64,000 nucleotides of DNA from Octopus vulgaris (Eukaryota), in assembly GCA_951406725.2 (NCBI GenBank), contig OX597842.1, forward strand, positions 13,640,001 through 13,704,000, read 5' to 3'. The translations under genes and the position numbers were made by a program. Below, in pieces: positions 60,949 through 64,000 of this stretch (position 1 is the stretch's first letter; each line of letters starts with the position of its first letter). Under the pieces are notes generated by a model, which ran no database searches, was not told the DNA's origin, and worked only from the letters and a program-made list of their open reading frames with translations.

Positions 60949-62400
60949 AATATGAGGGATAGTATAGGTGGTGCTTGGAGGATGGAATTAGGGGGTAAAT
61001 GTGAGGAATAGTATAGGTGGTGCTTGGAGGATGGAATTAGGGGGTAAATGTGAGGAATAGTATAGGTGGTGCTTGGAGGATGGAATTAGGGGTAAATGTG
61101 AGGAATAGTATAGGTGGTGCTTGGGGATGGAATTAGGGGGTAAATGTGAGGAATAGTATAGGTGGTGCTTGGAGGATGGAATTAGGGGGTAAATGTGAGG
61201 AATAGTATAGGTGGTGCTTGGAGGATGGAATTAGGGGGTAAATGTGAGGAATAGTATAGGTGGTGCTTGGAGGATGGAATTAGGGGGTAAATGTGAGGAA
61301 TAGTATAGGTGGTGCTTGGAGGATGGAATTAGGGGGTAAATGTGAGGAATAGTATAGGTGGTGCTTGGAGGATGGAATTAGGGGTAAATGTGAGGAATAG
61401 TATAGGTGGTGCTTGGAGGATGGAATTAGGGGGTAAATGTGAGGAATAGTATAGGTGGTGCTTGGAGGATGGAATTAGGGGGTAAATGTGAGGAATAGTA
61501 TAGGTGGTGCTTGGAGGATGGAATTAGGGGGTAAATGTGAGGAATAGTATAGGTGGTGCTTGGAGGATGGAATTAGGGGGTAAATGTGAGGAATAGTATA
61601 GGTGGTGCTTGGAGGATGGAATTAGGGGGTAAATGTGAGGAATAGTATAGGTGGTGCTTGGAGGATGGAATTAGGGGGTAAATGTGAGGAATAGTATAGG
61701 TGGTGCTTGGAGGATGGAATTAGGGGGTAAATGTGAGGAATAGTATAGGTGGTGCTTGGAGGATGGAATTAGGGGGTAAATGTGAGGAATAGTATAGGTG
61801 GTGCTTGGAGGATGGAATTAGGGGGTAAATGTGAGGAATAGTATAGGTGGTGCTTGGAGGATGGAATTAGGGGGTAAATGTGAGGAATAGTATAGGTGGT
61901 GCTTGGAGGATGGAATTAGGGGGTAAATGTGAGGAATAGTATAGGTGGTGCTTGGAGGATGGAATTAGGGGTAAATGTGAGGAATAGTATAGGTGGTGCT
62001 TGGAGGATGGAATTAGGGGGTGGAGGAAATGTGAGGAATAGTATAGGTGGTGCTTGGAGGATGGAATTAGGGGGTAAATGTGAGGAATAGTATAGGTGGT
62101 GCTTGGAGGATGGAATTAGGGGGTAAATGTGAGGAATAGTATAGGTGGTGCTTGGAGGATGGAATTAGGGGGTAAATGTGAGGAATAGTATAGGTGGTGC
62201 TTGGAGGATGGAATTAGGGGGTAAATGTGAGGAATAGTATAGGTGGTGCTTGGAGGATGGAATTAGGGGGTAAATGTGAGGAATAGTATAGGTGGTGCTT
62301 GGAGGATGGAATTAGGGGGTAAATGTGAGGAATAGTATAGGTGGTGCTTGGAGGATGGAATTAGGGGGTAAATGTGAGGAATAGTATAGGTGGTGCTTGG
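60949..62400. repeat. 49-bp G-rich minisatellite, about 29-30 copies
   Basis: Unit gaggaatagtataggtggtgcttggaggatggaattagggggtaaatgt. Confidence 0.97.
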
Positions 62401-62646
62401 GTTAAAGAATAGATTATGAATTTTGGCATGAGGCGTGAAATTTCGGGTGTTAAGTCGATTACATCGACCGCAGTGACTAACTGGTACTTATTTTATCGAC
62501 CTCGACAGGATGAAAGGCAAATTCGATCCCAGCGGCATTGGAACAGAAAGCAAAGTCGGAACAACTGCTGCTACGCATTTTTACCGGCGCGGTAACGATT
62601 GTGTCAGTTCGTTGTGTTACACACAAATATAGATACGTGTGTGTAT

Positions 62647-62681
<35 letters not shown>

Positions 62682-62716
62682 TAAATGTATTATATTCCTG
62701 TATAAATCTATTGCAG

Positions 62717-62769
62717 ATGGAGCATGAGTTATCAAACTTGACAGGAACATTCGAAGTTGCATTTTGTGG
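62717..62769 (+). CDS. Exon 12 (MEHELSNLTGTFEVAFC)
   Basis: ttgcag| 53 bp |gtaagc, phase 0-2. Confidence 0.72.
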
Positions 62770-63096
62770 GTAAGCAAAATTAATACTTTTATTCCAATTT
62801 TGTTTATTTTTGGTGAAAATATTCCCGTGTTTATTTTTGCTGTATTAAATATTACAATAAGAATTCTGTACCTGACATCCATAATACACAGGTTCATACG
62901 TTCAATGAAATGTTGAGCAGACTAATGTAGATATATAGAGTACAAAACATGTGTGTGTGAATATATATGTAGATGCATAGGTCGTCGTCGTTGTCGTCAT
63001 CAACACCATCATTACCAGCACCAACACCACCACCACCACCACCACCACCACCACCACCACCAGCACTCCCCATTATCATCATCATCATCATGATCC

Positions 63097-63802
63097 TCAT
63101 TTCATGTGTTCTCTCGACTCTGGCATTGGTTCACCCTTTTGGGATAGACTTGCGACTGGTGACGAAAAATGAATCTTCTATCGAAATGTTAGACGTCGTA
63201 AACAGTGGCTTGGTAAGAGGGAAAAAGCTCAACCACAACCGAGAAGGGAACTTCATGGGAAAACGGTTCTTATCTCTATCTGGTGGGATTGCAAAGAAGT
63301 AATTCACTTTGAATTTTTACCACCTAATACAACAATCAATGCTGAAGTTTACTGTTAGCAATTAGAGCGTTTGAACCAAGTAAAAAATATAACACTGATT
63401 TAGTGAATCGAAAAGGTGTGATGTTTCATCAGGACAATGCGCGACCTCACACTGCAAAGATCACATCACAAGTTCGAAGAGCTTGGTTGGGAAAAAATTC
63501 CTCATCCACCTTATTCTCCCGACCTTGCTCCTTCAGACTACCATTTGTTTCGTAGTTTACAGAATCATTTGGGGAACAAAACTTTCGCAAGCCAGGAGGA
63601 AGTCGAAACTGACATTTCAGAGTTCTTCGCATTGAAACCAAAAGAGTTTTACATTGATGGAATTAAAAAGCTTGTAAATAGATGGAAGGAAGTTATAGAT
63701 AACCAGGGAAAGTACATTGATGATTAAATTTCAATTAAATATAACATTTGATCACACTTTTCTTTATACAAAATTCGGACAGAACTTATGGGATGGCCTG
63801 AT
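63097..63802 (+). mobile_element. 5'-truncated mariner transposon (decayed D,D34D-type transposase)
   Basis: TGDEK*I, FHQDNARPHTA, HPPYSPDLAPSDYHLFRSL motifs with stops and frameshifts; ends ...cttatgggatggcctgata|ta. Confidence 0.92.
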
Positions 63803-63944
63803 ATAATGGTAGAATTTAGATTTTTGTTGTTAGAACAAGATCATTTCCATTAAAACTAGTTAGAGTCCCATATAAGTAAAAATTCTGGTGAGTGTCATTT
63901 AAACTAATTATATATTGTAATATCTTTTTAAAATCCTATTTCAG

Positions 63945-64000
63945 TTCCGAAAAGAATAGTGAGGTATTTACTATTAACTGCACAGTACCACGTACAATTA
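63945..64000 (+). CDS. Exon 13, start (SEKNSEVFTINCTVPRTI...)
   Basis: atttcag| acceptor, phase 2 matches exon 12, open to the window end; 3' boundary unknown (a possible GT at 63964). Confidence 0.62.

Noticed and set aside
63437-63727. SETMAR-like or active transposase gene
   Set aside because: Upstream catalytic region has stops and frameshifts and the 5' half is missing.

Overview
Repeat-rich eukaryotic DNA, most likely an octopus/coleoid genome (inferred from the SINE and microsatellite landscape). Almost every ORF in the track is a repeat artefact. The window holds the middle of one + strand gene made of at least 13 small GT-AG exons that splice into one open frame: seven 72-bp LRR exons, a final LRR plus LRRCT cap, a 12-Cys Ly6/uPAR (three-finger) domain split over two exons about 25 kb apart, then a possible SEA-like segment running off the window end. 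Spliced product: (L)ILSNNVIKEMRADAFQNLPRLTLLELGDNNLNEIKTGTFKSLPSLTTLSLWGNAIKEISAETFQNLKSLSTLNLRNNIIAEIKPDTFQSLSRLKILNLGGNNIKEIKTGTFQHLTRLIYLSIWGNYITELNAETFRNLSSLSDIYLRNNRIQNFEDGTFLFLPSLTKIDLKENRDMRCGCHLPALVNYVNRTFNIDLNVQGECQTDPGNNQSKIMPIMEFSQCQNYSLFQRNLQCQTCSRMTCSASDVRSCPEAEPVCRRELSLDGVTLKFEKSCSTYRKCLEDIRNNTFTCNKWTSGTSCVACCTGNLCNKNNFTGSNNSFVFHLIFNSILKKSNEDIARSMEHELSNLTGTFEVAFCGSEKNSEVFTINCTVPRTI. The introns carry an 8.5-kb (CAT)n-AAATT satellite, a 20-kb array of a 119/120-bp SINE tail, a 49-bp G-rich minisatellite, at least four SINE families, non-autonomous Helitrons, mariner, hAT, Gypsy, Dong/R4 and LINE remnants, and two type I hammerhead ribozyme motifs that each lie in the loop of a 100-130 bp inverted repeat. 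Repeat boundaries are read by eye and approximate unless a TSD or terminus is quoted; SINE family letters A-D are my own labels.
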